DNA of 64,000 nt from Leucothrix mucor DSM 2157 (GTDB lineage: Bacteria > Pseudomonadota > Gammaproteobacteria > Thiotrichales > Thiotrichaceae): positions 2,028,655 to 2,092,654 of the forward strand of contig NZ_ATTE01000001.1 of NCBI RefSeq assembly GCF_000419525.1. Direction: 5' to 3'. Below the pieces are notes generated by a model, which ran no database searches, was not told the origin of the DNA, and was given only the letters and a program-made list of their open reading frames with translations. Both the position numbers and the translations under genes were made by a program. Shown here in pieces: positions 40,381-50,718 of this stretch (its first letter is position 1; each line of letters starts with the position of its first letter).

Positions 40381-41481
40381 ATGACTCTAAAAAATGCCAT
40401 TTACCGATTACTACTGATCAGCCTGATCCCCGTATTACAGGCTTGTCAGCTCGATTCAACAGCCGCTGAGCAAGCAGAAGAAGCAAAACCGGAACCCATT
40501 CGTCCCGCATTAGTTTTTACACCAATTCGGATGAGCGGTGGTTCTGAGCGGACATTCCCAGCCGTTTTAGAAGCCACTGATCAGACCAATATGGCATTTC
40601 GGGTGGCAGGCCAACTCACCAAACTAACGGTTCAGCCCGGACAGTCCATCAAAAAAGGCCAACTAATTGCCCAACTGGATGACACCGACTTTCGCACCAC
40701 GCTAAGCGACTATCAGGCAAAGTTGGATCTGGCATCCACGCAGTACCAGCAAACCTATGGTTTGTACCAAAAGAACTATATCGCCAAGTCACAGTTAGAC
40801 TCTGCTCGCGCCGCATTACGCAGTGCCGAAGCCGCCGTCAAGCAAGGCAAAAGCAATCTGACTTACACCACGCTACGCGCACCCTTTAGCGGTGTAGTTG
40901 CTCATGTCAGTGTGGAGAATTTCCAGTTTATTCAGCCACAGCAAACCATTATTCAAATTCAGCGCTCTGGCGACTTAGGCATTCGTTTCGATGTGCCAGA
41001 GTCCGTCTTTACGCAAATGCGCCAAGTGAAAAACTACCAATCGCTGTGTGGTACAGTCAGCTTTAGCGCCTCTCCAGACTCTTACAAAGCCTGCTACAAA
41101 GAGCATGATTTAGTCCCTGATGCCCTCACCCGCAGCTACCCGGTGCTGTTTAATCTCGAAGTCCCAAAGAATGTGACCTTGCTAGCAGGTATGAGCGCCA
41201 ATATCACCATCGACCTCAGCGCCATCAGCTCCAATATGGATGATCGCAGCGTATTAGTTCCGGTAGAAGCGGTATTTGATCAGAACAATTCACAGTTCGT
41301 ATGGCGCGTAGAGCAGGATCTGAAATTGCACAAGCAGCCGGTTAAAGTCGGCGGCATTAGCAATAATATGATTCGCATTACTGAAGGCCTAAGCACCCAG
41401 GATCGTATCGTCGCGGCCGGCGTCAGCTACTTAGTTGAAGGCCAGCAGATTCGCATTTATGAAAAAGAACGTGGTCTATAA
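40381..41481 (+). CDS. RND efflux periplasmic adaptor subunit (membrane fusion protein)
   Basis: 366 aa with a lipoprotein-type signal (LQAC), a coiled-coil hairpin and biotinyl-like domains. Confidence 0.8.
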   Translation: MTLKNAIYRLLLISLIPVLQACQLDSTAAEQAEEAKPEPIRPALVFTPIRMSGGSERTFPAVLEATDQTNMAFRVAGQLTKLTVQPGQSIKKGQLIAQLDDTDFRTTLSDYQAKLDLASTQYQQTYGLYQKNYIAKSQLDSARAALRSAEAAVKQGKSNLTYTTLRAPFSGVVAHVSVENFQFIQPQQTIIQIQRSGDLGIRFDVPESVFTQMRQVKNYQSLCGTVSFSASPDSYKACYKEHDLVPDALTRSYPVLFNLEVPKNVTLLAGMSANITIDLSAISSNMDDRSVLVPVEAVFDQNNSQFVWRVEQDLKLHKQPVKVGGISNNMIRITEGLSTQDRIVAAGVSYLVEGQQIRIYEKERGL

Positions 41482-41493
41482 CAGGAAATAGCG

Positions 41494-44400
41494 ATGAGTA
41501 TTGCGGAAAGCTCGATCCGGAACAAAACCGTTAGCTGGATGGTCATCGTGTTGCTGATTATCGGCGGCTACATTTCCTTTCAGGGATTAGGACGATTAGA
41601 AGACCCGAACTTCACCATTAAGCAGGCGGTGATCGTGGTCCAATACCCTGGCGCCTCGGCTCAGGAAGTAGAAGAAGAAGTCACCCTGCCGATTGAAAAT
41701 GTCGTGCAGCAGCTGCCCTATCTGGACAAAGTCACCTCCACCACCATGAATGGTCTTTCCCAGATCATGGTGGAAATGAAGAGTATCTACCGTAAAGATG
41801 ATCTTGCCCAAATCTGGGATGAGATGCGCCGTAAAATCCGCGATATGGAAGGCAGCCTACCCTCCGGTGTCAGGACGCCAATCATCAACGATGACTTCGG
41901 CGATGTGTACGGCTACTACCTTGCCATTACCGGCGACGGCTACGAATACAACGACATCGAAAACTACGTCGACTACCTACGACGCGAGTTAATACTGGTT
42001 GATGGCGTTGGTAAAGTCACCGTGGGCGGCACCCGTTCGCGCCAATTGGTGATGGAAGTTGACCGCGCCAAAATGAACTCACTAGGGTTATCCGTCACCA
42101 CCCTGCAGCAGTTACTCGCCACTCAAAGCTTAGTCACCAATGCCGGTAGCATCCGCGTTGGCAGTGAATACATTCGCATTAAGCCCACCGGCACCGTCTC
42201 CAGCGTGGATGATTTGCGCAACCTGACCGTTGGCCGCAATGGCGATCAACTCGTCTATTTAAGCGATGTCGCCACCCTAAAGCTGGACTACGTCGACCCA
42301 CCCAGCCACATCTATCACTTTAACGGCAAGCCCGCGCTCACTCTTGGAATCTCATTCTCCAGTGGTGTAAACGTGGTGAATGTCGGTAAAGCCGTGCGCG
42401 ACCGCATGGAAGAACTCGAATACATGCGCCCGCTGGGCATTAATATCGGCACCATTTACGACCAACCATTACAAGTAGAAGCCTCGGTTGAAAACTTTGT
42501 TATTGGCTTGGCCGAATCCATCGGTATCGTTATCGTGGTTCTGCTGGTTGCCATGGGTTTGCGCCCTGGTATTTTAATGAGTTTTGTCTTACTGCTGACC
42601 ATTGCCGGCACCTTTATCGTGATGAAAATGGCCGGCATCGAGCTACACCGAATATCGCTGGGGGCGCTGATTATTGCGCTGGGGATGTTGGTGGACAATG
42701 CCATTGTCATCACCGAGGGGGTCATGATTGGCCTGCACAATGGCCTCACCCGAATTGAGGCCGCCAAGCGCATTGTTAAAAATACCAGCTGGCCACTGCT
42801 GGGAGCGACGGTGATTGCGATTACCGCCTTTGCGCCAATTGGCTTGTCGCCCGATGCCAGTGGTGAGTTTACCGGCAGCCTATTTTGGGTACTGCTGATC
42901 TCGCTGTTCTTAAGCTGGATATTGGCCATCACCATTACCCCCTTCCTCTGCTATTTGATGTTTAAAGAGGAAGCCGGTAAAGCCGAGCCTGGCGAGCAAT
43001 CTGACCCATACAAAGGTATTTTTTACCGCTTGTTCCGTGGACTCGTGCGCTTCTGCCTGCGCTTCCGCTGGTTCACTGTGCTGCTGATTATGCTGATGTT
43101 TGCCGCCTCGATTGTGGGCTTTGGTCAAGTGCGCCAAGCCTTCTTCCCTGATAGCCCGCTGCCGATGTTTATCGTCGATTACTGGCTACCGGAAGGCACC
43201 GACATTCGCGCCACCGAGGCCGATGCTGGCAAACTGGAAAAGTACGTCACCTCGCTGGATAGCGTCGAAGCCGTGACCACCACCATTGGCCGTGGTGCTG
43301 AGCGCTTTATGCTGACCTACAATGTCGAGTTTAATGCGCCAAGCTATGCACAGCTGATTGTGCGGGTGAAATCGTTTGATGATATCGAACCTGCCATCAA
43401 CCAACTGCGCAACTACACCACCGAGCACAATCCGCAAGCCTTTGTAAAATTTGGTCGCATGGCCATTGGCCCCGCCACCAAAGCAAAAATCGAAGCCCGC
43501 TTTATCGGCCCTGATCCACAAGTCTTACGGGCGCTGGGTGAAAAAGGCTTAGAGATTATGCGCGCCCAGCCGAACGCCATTAACGTACAGCAGGATTGGC
43601 GCGAGCGCAGCAAAGTCATCCGCCCCGTATTTAATGATGAGGAAGCACGACGCTTAGGCATTAGTAAATCGGATCTGGATAATGCAATTGCCCTGAATGT
43701 GAGCGGCCTAAGTATCGGCTTATATCGCCAAGGCTCTACCTTGCTGCCGATTGTATTGCGCCCACCGGAGAGTGAGCGCGGCACCGTCGAGCAGTTGAAA
43801 AACATTCAGGTGTATAGCCAAGCGCGCCAAGCGTATGTGAGCATTGAGCAAGTCATTGACCGTATCGATGTGGTCTGGGAAGACCCGCTGATTAAGCGTC
43901 GTGACCGCAAGCGCACGCTCTCAGTACTGGCTGATCCGGACACCGACAAAGGCAGTAACCCGGTCGCGCTGCTGGCGCAAGTCCGCCCTGCTTTTGAAGC
44001 AATTCCGCTAGAGCCCGGCTACTCACTGGAATGGGGTGGCGAGTTTGAAGCACAGGCCAAAGCCAATAAATCGGTGTTTGCCTTCGTGCCGCTCGGTGCC
44101 TTGCTGATGGTCGTGATTACCATGTTCATGTTTAACTCACTGCGCCAAACGCTGGTGATTTGGATAACCGTGCCGCTCGCCATTATCGGCGTGAGTGCCG
44201 GTCTGTTGATTATGAACACGCCCTTTAGTTTTACCGCGATGCTGGCGGTGCTGAGCTTAAGTGGCATGGTGATCAAAAATGGCATCGTACTGGTTGAGGA
44301 AATCAAGCTCCTCAATGAGGAAGAAAGTATGCCGTGGATTGAAGCCATTGAACAAGCCGCCGTCAGCCGGATGCGCCCTGTCACCATGGCGATGATCACC

Positions 44401-44658
44401 ACGGTGCTTGGGATGATCCCGCTGCTGCCCGACGTATTCTTCCGCCCGATGGCCGTGTCGATTATGTTTGGCTTGAGCTTTGCCACCATCCTCACGCTGA
44501 TTATGGTGCCGGTGTTATTTGCCCTGTTCTATCGGGTGAAATACCGCTCCCCCGCGCGCATTGCCAAGGATGAAGCGAAAGCGGCAGCTAAGCTTGCCAA
44601 GAAGCAGGCGAAGATCGATGCCAAGATTGCGAAGCAGCGAAAAGCAGCAGAAAGTTAA
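41494..44658 (+). CDS. RND efflux permease (AcrB/AcrD family)
   Basis: 1054 aa and 12 TM with two large periplasmic loops. The C-terminus is Lys/Ala-rich. Confidence 0.9.
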   Translation: MSIAESSIRNKTVSWMVIVLLIIGGYISFQGLGRLEDPNFTIKQAVIVVQYPGASAQEVEEEVTLPIENVVQQLPYLDKVTSTTMNGLSQIMVEMKSIYRKDDLAQIWDEMRRKIRDMEGSLPSGVRTPIINDDFGDVYGYYLAITGDGYEYNDIENYVDYLRRELILVDGVGKVTVGGTRSRQLVMEVDRAKMNSLGLSVTTLQQLLATQSLVTNAGSIRVGSEYIRIKPTGTVSSVDDLRNLTVGRNGDQLVYLSDVATLKLDYVDPPSHIYHFNGKPALTLGISFSSGVNVVNVGKAVRDRMEELEYMRPLGINIGTIYDQPLQVEASVENFVIGLAESIGIVIVVLLVAMGLRPGILMSFVLLLTIAGTFIVMKMAGIELHRISLGALIIALGMLVDNAIVITEGVMIGLHNGLTRIEAAKRIVKNTSWPLLGATVIAITAFAPIGLSPDASGEFTGSLFWVLLISLFLSWILAITITPFLCYLMFKEEAGKAEPGEQSDPYKGIFYRLFRGLVRFCLRFRWFTVLLIMLMFAASIVGFGQVRQAFFPDSPLPMFIVDYWLPEGTDIRATEADAGKLEKYVTSLDSVEAVTTTIGRGAERFMLTYNVEFNAPSYAQLIVRVKSFDDIEPAINQLRNYTTEHNPQAFVKFGRMAIGPATKAKIEARFIGPDPQVLRALGEKGLEIMRAQPNAINVQQDWRERSKVIRPVFNDEEARRLGISKSDLDNAIALNVSGLSIGLYRQGSTLLPIVLRPPESERGTVEQLKNIQVYSQARQAYVSIEQVIDRIDVVWEDPLIKRRDRKRTLSVLADPDTDKGSNPVALLAQVRPAFEAIPLEPGYSLEWGGEFEAQAKANKSVFAFVPLGALLMVVITMFMFNSLRQTLVIWITVPLAIIGVSAGLLIMNTPFSFTAMLAVLSLSGMVIKNGIVLVEEIKLLNEEESMPWIEAIEQAAVSRMRPVTMAMITTVLGMIPLLPDVFFRPMAVSIMFGLSFATILTLIMVPVLFALFYRVKYRSPARIAKDEAKAAAKLAKKQAKIDAKIAKQRKAAES

Positions 44659-44728
44659 TAGATTTGCAATAAAGTAAAAGAGAGGCTTGCATGGCTATAA
44701 AAATGCTTTTATAATCGCCAGCCTCTTC

Positions 44729-44804
<76 letters not shown>

Positions 44805-44815
44805 AGATATCAAAA

Positions 44816-44846
44816 GGTCACAATGTTTACATTGTGGCCTTTTTTT
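44816..44846 (+). terminator. Rho-independent terminator after tRNA-Thr
   Basis: Hairpin ggtcacaatgTTTAcattgtggcc followed by T7. Confidence 0.7.
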
Positions 44847-44916
44847 ATGCCTGCGATTTGTGAATCGGTATGTCTCGAAAAGATTAGAATTGCAGCTCAA
44901 ACCAAAACCATAAATA

Positions 44917-46221
44917 ATGGAGCCAGTCCCCCAAACTCTATCTAAAAGGTGCGCTCCCTTGCCAAATTCAACAACTTCACAAAATGACTTCGATCTTATC
45001 GTTGTGGGCGCAGGTATGGTTGGCATGTCGACGGCGCTGTGGGCGCAAAAAGAAGGCTTAAAAACGCTGATCTGTGATCCCAATCCAGCGGGCTCTGGTA
45101 CCACTTACGGCTCGGCTTGCACCATCGCAACCTATGCGTGTATCCCCGTCAACAGCCCATCGATATTCACCTCGCTACCGCATTTATTGACCAGTCGCGA
45201 AAGCCCCCTCAGCTTCAATATCGGCTACGGCGTGAGCAACCCGCGTTGGATGCTGAGCTTCCTGAATAATTGCCGCGCATCCCGCGTTAAACACATCAGC
45301 GAGGCACTTGGGCAATTTCTAAAACATACAGATGCCGGTCTCGACCCACTGATTCACGAGGCGAATGCACAGGATCTGGTTGTGAGTAATGACTGCGTGT
45401 ATGTCTGGTCCAGCTGTGCCGGTTTTGAAAGCGCCAGAGACAGCAATGCGATGCGTGCGGCACAAGGCGTGGTGTTTGACGAGTTAAGCTCAGATGAGGT
45501 GCTTAAACTGGAGCCTAATATTAAACAGCCTATTCATCGCGGACTGCATTTCAAAGGTGCACGACATATCACCAACCCACAGGAACTGGTTGGCCGTATG
45601 CAAACGCGGTTTGAGGCGCTGGGCGGGACAGTCATGCAACACGGTGTTGAGCGTTGCCAGCCCGACGCCACTGGGGTAACTGCCTATCTAACGGATGGCA
45701 CAGAGATCCGCGCGGATCGATTAGCACTAACTGCCGGCGCGCGCTCACGTCAGATTAAAGGCACCGGCGCTGAAAACCTGCCGCTAGGGACTGAACGCGG
45801 CTACCATATTCTGTATCGCAATCACGGCGCTCACGTATCACGTCCGGTGGGCTGGGCCGAAGCGGGCTTTTATGCCACGCCGATGGCTGATGGATTACGC
45901 ATTGCGGGTACGGTCGAGATCAATGCCATCGACGCGTCCTTCAATACCAAATGCACCGACTACCTGCAGCGTAAATCACATGATATGTTTGGTGATTTGG
46001 GATCGCCTGATGACACGTGGCTTGGGCATCGACCGACTATGCCGGACTCTCTGCCGGTGATAGGTAAATCAAAGACTTCAGAACGTGTGATATTTGCCTT
46101 TGGGCATCAACATATCGGCCTTACCTTGGGCGGCGTGACGGGCAAGATCGTGACTGATCTTGCTCAGGGACGGGAGCCATCTTGTGACATTAGCGACTTT
46201 TTGCCTCAGCGCTTCATCTGA
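44917..46221 (+). CDS. FAD-dependent oxidoreductase (D-amino-acid dehydrogenase/DadA-like)
   Basis: 434 aa. Rossmann GxGxxG (DLIVVGAGMVGMSTA). The start codon is uncertain. Confidence 0.6.
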   Translation: MEPVPQTLSKRCAPLPNSTTSQNDFDLIVVGAGMVGMSTALWAQKEGLKTLICDPNPAGSGTTYGSACTIATYACIPVNSPSIFTSLPHLLTSRESPLSFNIGYGVSNPRWMLSFLNNCRASRVKHISEALGQFLKHTDAGLDPLIHEANAQDLVVSNDCVYVWSSCAGFESARDSNAMRAAQGVVFDELSSDEVLKLEPNIKQPIHRGLHFKGARHITNPQELVGRMQTRFEALGGTVMQHGVERCQPDATGVTAYLTDGTEIRADRLALTAGARSRQIKGTGAENLPLGTERGYHILYRNHGAHVSRPVGWAEAGFYATPMADGLRIAGTVEINAIDASFNTKCTDYLQRKSHDMFGDLGSPDDTWLGHRPTMPDSLPVIGKSKTSERVIFAFGHQHIGLTLGGVTGKIVTDLAQGREPSCDISDFLPQRFI

Positions 46222-46327
46222 TAATTTGATTTACATCAACACAAAAGCCCCCACTCATTGTCTATAATGAAACTGTAGTTACAAGGGATGACTTTATCGC
46301 CTTGTATAACCAAGAGGAGTTTTCATT

Positions 46328-46741
46328 ATGTATCAGAACATATTAGTCCCAGTCGCTCCCTACCACCCAGCCAATACCCAAGAGGCCATTCGGCTGGCTC
46401 AGGCACTGAGAGCTGAAGGTGGGAAAATCACCTTAATCTCTGCACTGGATAGCATCCCTGCCTATGTCGTCGATTATTTACCCGAAGGCCAGCTGCAGAA
46501 AAACCACGCAGACGCTAAAGCCAGTTTGCTGGAAGATTCCAAAGGCATTAGCGATGTAACGATTAAAGTTGTCACCGAAGAAGGCTCTGCCGGCTCGACC
46601 ATTGTTGAGTATGCTAAACAGCATAAATCGGATTTGATTATTATCGCCTCGCACCGACCAGGCTTGCAGGATTTCTTTCTTGGGTCTACCGCCGCGCGAG
46701 TGGTTCGCCATGCGCCTTGTGCGGTGCATGTTGTTCGATAA
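46328..46741 (+). CDS. Universal stress protein (UspA family)
   Basis: 137 aa with the Usp fold and a C-terminal ATP-binding-like G-rich motif. Confidence 0.8.
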   Translation: MYQNILVPVAPYHPANTQEAIRLAQALRAEGGKITLISALDSIPAYVVDYLPEGQLQKNHADAKASLLEDSKGISDVTIKVVTEEGSAGSTIVEYAKQHKSDLIIIASHRPGLQDFFLGSTAARVVRHAPCAVHVVR

Positions 46742-46752
46742 CTGACTCAAGA

Positions 46753-46783
46753 GGCCGCAATGATTTCGTTGTGGCCTTTTTTT
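46753..46783 (+). terminator. Rho-independent terminator after usp gene
   Basis: Hairpin ggccgcaatgATTTcgttgtggcc followed by T7. Confidence 0.6.
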
Positions 46784-46829
46784 GTGACAGAGCTATTGGC
46801 GATATGACTCAATTGTCTGCCCACTAGAC

Positions 46830-47036
46830 TCACTTAGAGCCGCTGTCTGACATGCTGGCAGCGCTTATCACGGTAAGAACGACACCTGAAACTATCCACC
46901 AATTAATGCCACCGTGAGCTATTGGTTTAGAGGCCTCTGTACCTGACTCTTCTGACTTTACAGATGATCTCACATGGCTACAGCCTATAGTGACCGTTAT
47001 CAAAGCCGCGATAAGTACACTGGATACAAATTTCAT
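46830..47036 (-). CDS. Small putative lipoprotein
   Basis: 68 aa. Signal peptide with lipobox TIGC. Confidence 0.3.
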   Translation of the reverse strand: MKFVSSVLIAALITVTIGCSHVRSSVKSEESGTEASKPIAHGGINWWIVSGVVLTVISAASMSDSGSK

Positions 47037-47073
47037 AAGTAGCCCCTAAAAAGTAGAACATTAAACTGAAACA

Positions 47074-47325
47074 TTAGAATCTCCTCAAGCCATCACTAAA
47101 CACGCCGCGCTGTTCAACTCTTTGATTATAAGCCTCTAGCGCTTCACTGTTCTGCTCCAGCCACTCAGCACGCTTTTTCTCGGCCAGCACTGCCACAAGA
47201 GCCTGTTCCAGTACTTTTGAAAGGTTAAGCTTATAGTGTCGCGCCTCCTCTAAAAGATTTTCATTAACATTTAGCTTCAAAGAGCATGTGGTAGCTGTTG
47301 CGTCATAAATTAATGCCTTTTGCAT
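47074..47325 (-). CDS. CcdA-like antitoxin family protein (orphan)
   Basis: 83 aa. The pattern LNVNENLLEEARHYKLNLSKVLEQAL...WLEQNSEALEAYNQRVEQRGVFSD resembles CcdA. No ccdB-like gene is adjacent. Confidence 0.45.
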   Translation of the reverse strand: MQKALIYDATATTCSLKLNVNENLLEEARHYKLNLSKVLEQALVAVLAEKKRAEWLEQNSEALEAYNQRVEQRGVFSDGLRRF

Positions 47326-47481
47326 AAAGGTCTCCTAAATCAATATTTATTGTGTTAGCGTTATCACTTTTATGTATTAAAAATAATTAAGCCTATAACT
47401 TCCAAGCACAAAAAAACCCTAAAAACTTCACAGTCTTTAGGGCTTTAATATTATCTTAAAAAACAGTAATGATTAAACCAT

Positions 47482-48090
47482 TTATTTTGGCATTAACACT
47501 GTATCAATTACATGAATAACACCATTGCCTGCCATTATATCGGCGGCCACTACGGTAGCATCATTAATCTTAACGCCATCCGAAGTATCAATCATCACAT
47601 CAGAGCCTTGTACAGTTGTCGCCGAACTCAATTTAGCCACATCGGCTGCAGTGACTTTTCCAGAGACCACGTGATAGAGAAGTACATTTCTCAGCGCTTC
47701 TTTATCGGCAATCAGGGCCTGCAGCGCGTCTGCTGGCACCTTGGCGAAGGCTTCATCGGTGGGTGCAAACACGGTAAATGGCCCATCGCCCTTGAGCGTA
47801 TCCACTAAGTCAGCGGCTGTCGCTGCGGCGAGTAGCGTGTTGAAGGTACCTGCACTGCTAGCGGTATCGACAATGTCTGGCTTGGAGTGGGCCATCACCC
47901 GCATGAAGCCACTTTGCTGCTGGCCGGTTGAGTAACTTGTTTTCATCGCTTTGTCGGCATAATTACAATCATCTGCCGATGCTAATACTGGAACGGATAA
48001 TAATAATGTCGCAGCTACAGAAGATATAAATTTAACGTTCATTTCTCTCACACCTCTATTAATAAATAAAATAAGGGATTGTGCTGTCAC
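47482..48090 (-). CDS. Fasciclin (FAS1) domain secreted protein
   Basis: 202 aa. FAS1 motifs ([17 protein letters not shown]). The signal-peptide start is probably at MNVKFISS. Confidence 0.75.
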   Translation of the reverse strand: MTAQSLILFINRGVREMNVKFISSVAATLLLSVPVLASADDCNYADKAMKTSYSTGQQQSGFMRVMAHSKPDIVDTASSAGTFNTLLAAATAADLVDTLKGDGPFTVFAPTDEAFAKVPADALQALIADKEALRNVLLYHVVSGKVTAADVAKLSSATTVQGSDVMIDTSDGVKINDATVVAADIMAGNGVIHVIDTVLMPK

Positions 48091-48416
48091 GAGAAAATAA
48101 TAGTTCGAGATTAATTAAACCGTCTATAAACCATTATCTAAAAAAGGTAAATAAACTACCTTTAAAATATTATGATTAATTAACTTTAATGTTAGTTTTA
48201 ATCGCGAAGTGACTTTTATCTTGAGATTGCTATGGCGAAAAATAACGCAGTTAGCTAGGCAGTCAGCGTTTTCTGCTAACTAATGTTTCAAAGAGTTAAC
48301 ATATTGTCGATACTCTTCTGAACCTGTCTGTGGTAAAACGACCGAAACTATGCCGCGATTAGGTTTCCCCAAGCTAATGCCAAATAGCCCGGAGTTGCCG
48401 CTCACTCCAAACCACA

Positions 48417-49271
48417 ATGCTCACCAACAGATGGAAACCCACTATGCACACCGTTAACGTCGAATCGGAACTTGAATACAGTATCGCTTCACCCTCCAGT
48501 TTTGTCTTCAATATTGCGCCCGCTTTTACCCAGCATCAAATGATCTCAAATGAGAACCTGACCGTTTCTCCAGACACTAATATCGAATGGTGCATGTTGA
48601 ATCAACTGGGCGTGCGAGGCATTCGGATCAATGCTGGGCCTGGCGACTTTAAGATTCGCTACAGCGCCACGGTGGCGTTATCGCCGGAAGTCGATCAGCC
48701 AAGTTATCTAAATGAAGTACGCCATCCGGTGATTCCGACCGATGTGCTGCCATACTTAAACCCTAGCCGTTATTGCGAATCCGACCGCTTGGGGCGCTTT
48801 GCCGCGAAAGAATTCGGGCATTTGGATGGCGGCTATTACCGCGTTCAGGCGATTTGCGACTGGGTGTTTAACCACATTGACTACATCTCTGGCAGCACCG
48901 ATGCCTCATCAAGCGCTTGCGATGTGCTCATCCAGCGTGCGGGAGTGTGTCGCGACTTTGCACATGTCAGCATTTCATTGTGCCGCGCATTGGGCATTCC
49001 GGCGCGTTATGTTGGTGGCTATGCGGCCGGTTTAGAGCCGCCCGATTTCCACGGCTTTTTTGAAGTGTATTTAAATGAAGACTGGTACATGTTTGATGCC
49101 ACCAAAATGGCACCCGTGAGTGGCTTTGTGCGCGTTGGCATTGGCCGCGATGCAGCGGATACCTCATTTGCAAGCATTGTAGGACAGGCGACTTTTGTCT
49201 CCATGCGCGTGAGTGCGGTTGCGGTAGATTCCAGTCAGCCCAGCCCTGATGATGCTATTTCAACGGCATAA
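48417..49271 (+). CDS. Transglutaminase-like cysteine peptidase family protein
   Basis: 284 aa with a Cys-His-Asp core (GVCRDFAHV...HGFFEVY...D). Confidence 0.7.
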   Translation: MLTNRWKPTMHTVNVESELEYSIASPSSFVFNIAPAFTQHQMISNENLTVSPDTNIEWCMLNQLGVRGIRINAGPGDFKIRYSATVALSPEVDQPSYLNEVRHPVIPTDVLPYLNPSRYCESDRLGRFAAKEFGHLDGGYYRVQAICDWVFNHIDYISGSTDASSSACDVLIQRAGVCRDFAHVSISLCRALGIPARYVGGYAAGLEPPDFHGFFEVYLNEDWYMFDATKMAPVSGFVRVGIGRDAADTSFASIVGQATFVSMRVSAVAVDSSQPSPDDAISTA

Positions 49272-49312
49272 GACTTCACTCTGAAGCCCTATGCCATTGG
49301 GTCTGGACGTAA

Positions 49313-49840
49313 TTAAGCCTTGCGCTCCAGACCTAACCAGTAGTCCAGCGACAATTTACCCGGCCCTGCAACCACAATAGCAGCAGCCACTGCAAACCAC
49401 CAAGACGCAGGATTCATCCAATGCGACCACTCGGGGAATACAGCCAGCTGGATAAAGGCAACCATCGCGACGATTCCCAGCGCAGCAAAGCGGCTAAATA
49501 ATCCAATAATCAATAACACCGGCAGCACAACTTCCATCACGCCCGCGGTTACCGCTAGATATTTGATGACGGTGACGGTGGTTGAGCCATCCACATATTC
49601 CAGTGTTTCAGGATTGCACAGTTGCAGTGCGCCGGCGCGTGGCTCTTCGGGACAAAAAAACTCATACATAAACAAGTCATACACACCGGGATCAGGCTTT
49701 AAAAATCCGCTCCATTTGGCAAGGCCAGAGAGGATAAACACATAAGCAATCTGCACACGCAAACCCAGCATAACGATCGGTTTAAACCATTGCTCGATTC
49801 GCTCAAAGAAGCCACTGTAAAGGGAAGTTAAAAAGCTCAT
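49313..49840 (-). CDS. DoxX family membrane protein (bufferin cluster, BufD-like)
   Basis: 175 aa with four TM segments. It is the last gene of the DUF2282-DUF692-DUF2063-DoxX operon. Confidence 0.7.
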   Translation of the reverse strand: MSFLTSLYSGFFERIEQWFKPIVMLGLRVQIAYVFILSGLAKWSGFLKPDPGVYDLFMYEFFCPEEPRAGALQLCNPETLEYVDGSTTVTVIKYLAVTAGVMEVVLPVLLIIGLFSRFAALGIVAMVAFIQLAVFPEWSHWMNPASWWFAVAAAIVVAGPGKLSLDYWLGLERKA

Positions 49841-49887
49841 AGGGGTAGTCTCGAATTTATTGTTAGTTTGTTGATGGTTATAGGTCT

Positions 49888-50718
49888 TTAGGATGATTCA
49901 ACAGCGGCTTTGAGTTGTAGCAGCTGTGCATTGAGCAAGTCGGCAAACAGGCTGGATAAATCAAAACTTTCATCGACCTCGTTAGCGGCAGCCGCGGCCT
50001 GATCGAAATTTGTGTGTTGCAGCATTTGCATAAAGACTGCTTCTGCGGCGTTTAACGGTCGGGCTTGTACCCTGCCATCTAGCTGCCAGAATAAAATGGT
50101 GGTGGTGTTTAACTTTAGCTCTATGGCAGAGTCCGGAGTTTGCTCGCCAAAGCGCAAGGTGCTCCAGAGCTCCATTAAGTCATACTGCAAGCTCACTAAG
50201 CGGCTGGAGTCGACTAAGGCTAATGGCAATGCGCCAAGGTCTTCGCCTTGCGCAATCAATGCCTGAACCTGCTCCAAGCTTAAAAAGTCTTCGCCATTGG
50301 CATTCAACGCTTGCAACCAAGCCTGATCCAATGCGCAGATATCAGTTAAATACGGGTACTGTTTAACGATCGCGCCATGACGCTGATTTAGGTATTCAAT
50401 AAAGCTGAGCGTGGCATATTCATCGCTATCCACCCCAAAACCATAGCCAACTAAAGTCGCAGTGGCGGGAGGATTTTCTTGCACATAAGCAGCAGCCAGT
50501 TGCCCAAAAAACTCCTCACCCAGTAGCACCGGCAAGCAGGGTAAATTACTCTGTAACGCGCCAATGCTGGCTTTAATATAGCCATTGCGATAAACACTGA
50601 GAAACGCAGCCGGTCGACTACCGTCTAAAAACGGCAATACATCATTCTGGTTACCAGAGTGCATAAACTGCGTAAAGGCATTAATATAATCAGCATGTGT
50701 GTTTTCTGAATTAGCCAT
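49888..50718 (-). CDS. DUF2063 protein (MbnC/BufC-like RiPP recognition partner)
   Basis: 276 aa. It overlaps the upstream DUF692 gene by 8 nt, with typical DUF692-DUF2063 pairing. Confidence 0.65.
   Translation of the reverse strand: MANSENTHADYINAFTQFMHSGNQNDVLPFLDGSRPAAFLSVYRNGYIKASIGALQSNLPCLPVLLGEEFFGQLAAAYVQENPPATATLVGYGFGVDSDEYATLSFIEYLNQRHGAIVKQYPYLTDICALDQAWLQALNANGEDFLSLEQVQALIAQGEDLGALPLALVDSSRLVSLQYDLMELWSTLRFGEQTPDSAIELKLNTTTILFWQLDGRVQARPLNAAEAVFMQMLQHTNFDQAAAAANEVDESFDLSSLFADLLNAQLLQLKAAVESS

Noticed and set aside
41596-44495. Multiple short antisense ORFs within the RND permease gene
   Set aside because: They are embedded in a long, motif-rich CDS on the opposite strand. Their composition is typical of antisense frames of membrane proteins.
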